Assembly (NCBI GenBank): GCA_964016885.1
Contig: OZ024743.1
Coordinates: forward strand, 333,436,001-333,500,000
Source of the DNA: Eledone cirrhosa
Lineage: Eukaryota
Direction: 5' to 3'
Length of the DNA stretch: 64,000 bases
Positions within the stretch are counted from its first letter, which is position 1. The number at the start of each line of letters is the position of its first letter. The notes below the pieces were generated by a model. The model was not told where the DNA came from and ran no database searches. It was given only the letters and a program-made list of their open reading frames with translations. Shown piece by piece: positions 63,101 through 64,000 of the stretch. The translations under genes were made by a program, and so were the position numbers.

Positions 63101-64000
63101 CCCCAGCATGGCTGCAGTTTGATGACTGAAACCAGTAAAGAGTGTAGTGCCCCAGCATGGCTGCAGTTTGATGACTGAAACCAGTAAAGAGTGTAGTGCC
63201 CCATCATGGCTGCAGTTTGATGACTGAAATCAGTAAAGAGTGTGGTGCTCCAGCATGGCTGCAGTTTGATGACTGAAACCAGTAAAGAGTGTAGTGCCCC
63301 ATCATGGCTGCAGTTTGATGACTGAAATCAGTAAAGAGTGTGGTGCTCCAGCATGGCTGCAGTTTGATGACTGAAACCAGTAAAGAGTGTAGTGCTCCAG
63401 CATGGCTGCAGTTTGACGACTGAAACCAGTAAAGAGTATAGTGCCCCATCATGGCTGTAGTTTGATGACTGAAACCAGTAAAGAGTGTAGTGCCCCAGCA
63501 TGGCTGCAGTTTGATGACTGAAACCAGTAAAGAGTGTAGTGCCCCATCATGGCTGCAGTTTGATGACTGAAACCAGTAAAGAGTGAGGTGCCCCAGCATG
63601 GCTGCAGTTTAATGACTGAAACCAGTAAAGAGTGTAGTGCCCCATCATGGCTGCAGTTTGATTACTGAAACCAGTAAAGAGTGTAGTGCTCCACCATGGC
63701 TGCAGTTTGATGACTGAAACCAGTAAAGAGTGTAGTGCCCCAGCATGGCTGCAGTTTAATGACTGAAACCAGTAAAGAGTGTAGTGCCCCATCATGGCTG
63801 CAGTTTGATGACTGAAACCAGTAAAGAGTGTGGTGCCCTAGCATGGCTGCAGTTTGATGACTGAAACCAGTCAAGAGTGTAGTGCCCCATCATGGCTGCA
63901 GTTTGATGACTGAAACCAGTAAAGAGTGTAGTGCCCCAGCATGGCTGCAGTTTGATGACTGAAACCAGTAAAGAGTGTAGTGCCCCATCATGGCTGCAGT
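18109..64000. repeat. 49-bp satellite array, >=45.9 kb, ~937 monomers; consensus AGAGTGT[A/G]GTGC[C/T]CCA[G/T]CATGGCTGCAGTTT[G/A]ATGACTGAAACCAGTAA
   Basis: CTGCAG starts at 18131 and at 63994; difference 45863 = 936x49 - 1. One 48-bp monomer at ~35955 (TAGTTCCCAG). No interruptions seen; continues past window end. Confidence 0.99.

Noticed and set aside
18046-63874. Hundreds of minus-strand ORFs (HYTLYWFQSSNCSH / LLVSVIKLQPCW / TTLFTGFSHQTAAM)
   Set aside because: These are the three frames of one 49-bp monomer read in rotation (49 mod 3 = 1). Stops appear wherever common variants fall, so there is no evidence of coding.
18109-64000. CRISPR-like look (constant segment plus variable segment)
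   Set aside because: The variable part is only a few SNP alleles, not unique spacers. There are no cas genes and the context is eukaryotic.
18109-64000. Recursive-splicing or AP-1 sites in each monomer (CAGTAAAG, TGACTGA)
   Set aside because: There is no AG|GT ratchet motif or pyrimidine tract, and TGACTGA is a mismatch to TGACTCA. The sequence alone gives no support.

Overview
Eukaryotic (animal) genomic DNA. The repeat families resemble ones I recall from Octopus/coleoid cephalopods; this is inference, not a database match. The first ~16 kb holds seven consecutive, phase-compatible GT-AG coding exons (953 nt, + strand) of a DZANK1 orthologue (Fn3-associated-like N-terminal domain, linker, CxxC zinc ribbons). 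The start exon and the ankyrin-repeat exons lie outside the window. The introns are packed with nested mobile-element fragments: SINEs, CR1, RTE, CRE-like and R4/Dong-like LINEs, a Penelope-like element, a TTAA-flanked piggyBac-like MITE and a Helitron-like element. They also contain several ~48-bp minisatellites, each traceable to a local TE segment or to a splice junction. From 18109 to the window end is one uninterrupted, very homogeneous 49-bp satellite (~937 copies, net 1 bp of indel). It appears derived from a SINE 3' tail and lies in what should be a DZANK1 intron. Nearly all ORFs in the supplied track are repeat artefacts. The most notable structures are the giant intronic satellite, a tandem array of copies of a real splice acceptor on both sides of a zinc-ribbon exon, a VNTR-carrying retroposon, and inverted CR1 copies bracketing two exons.
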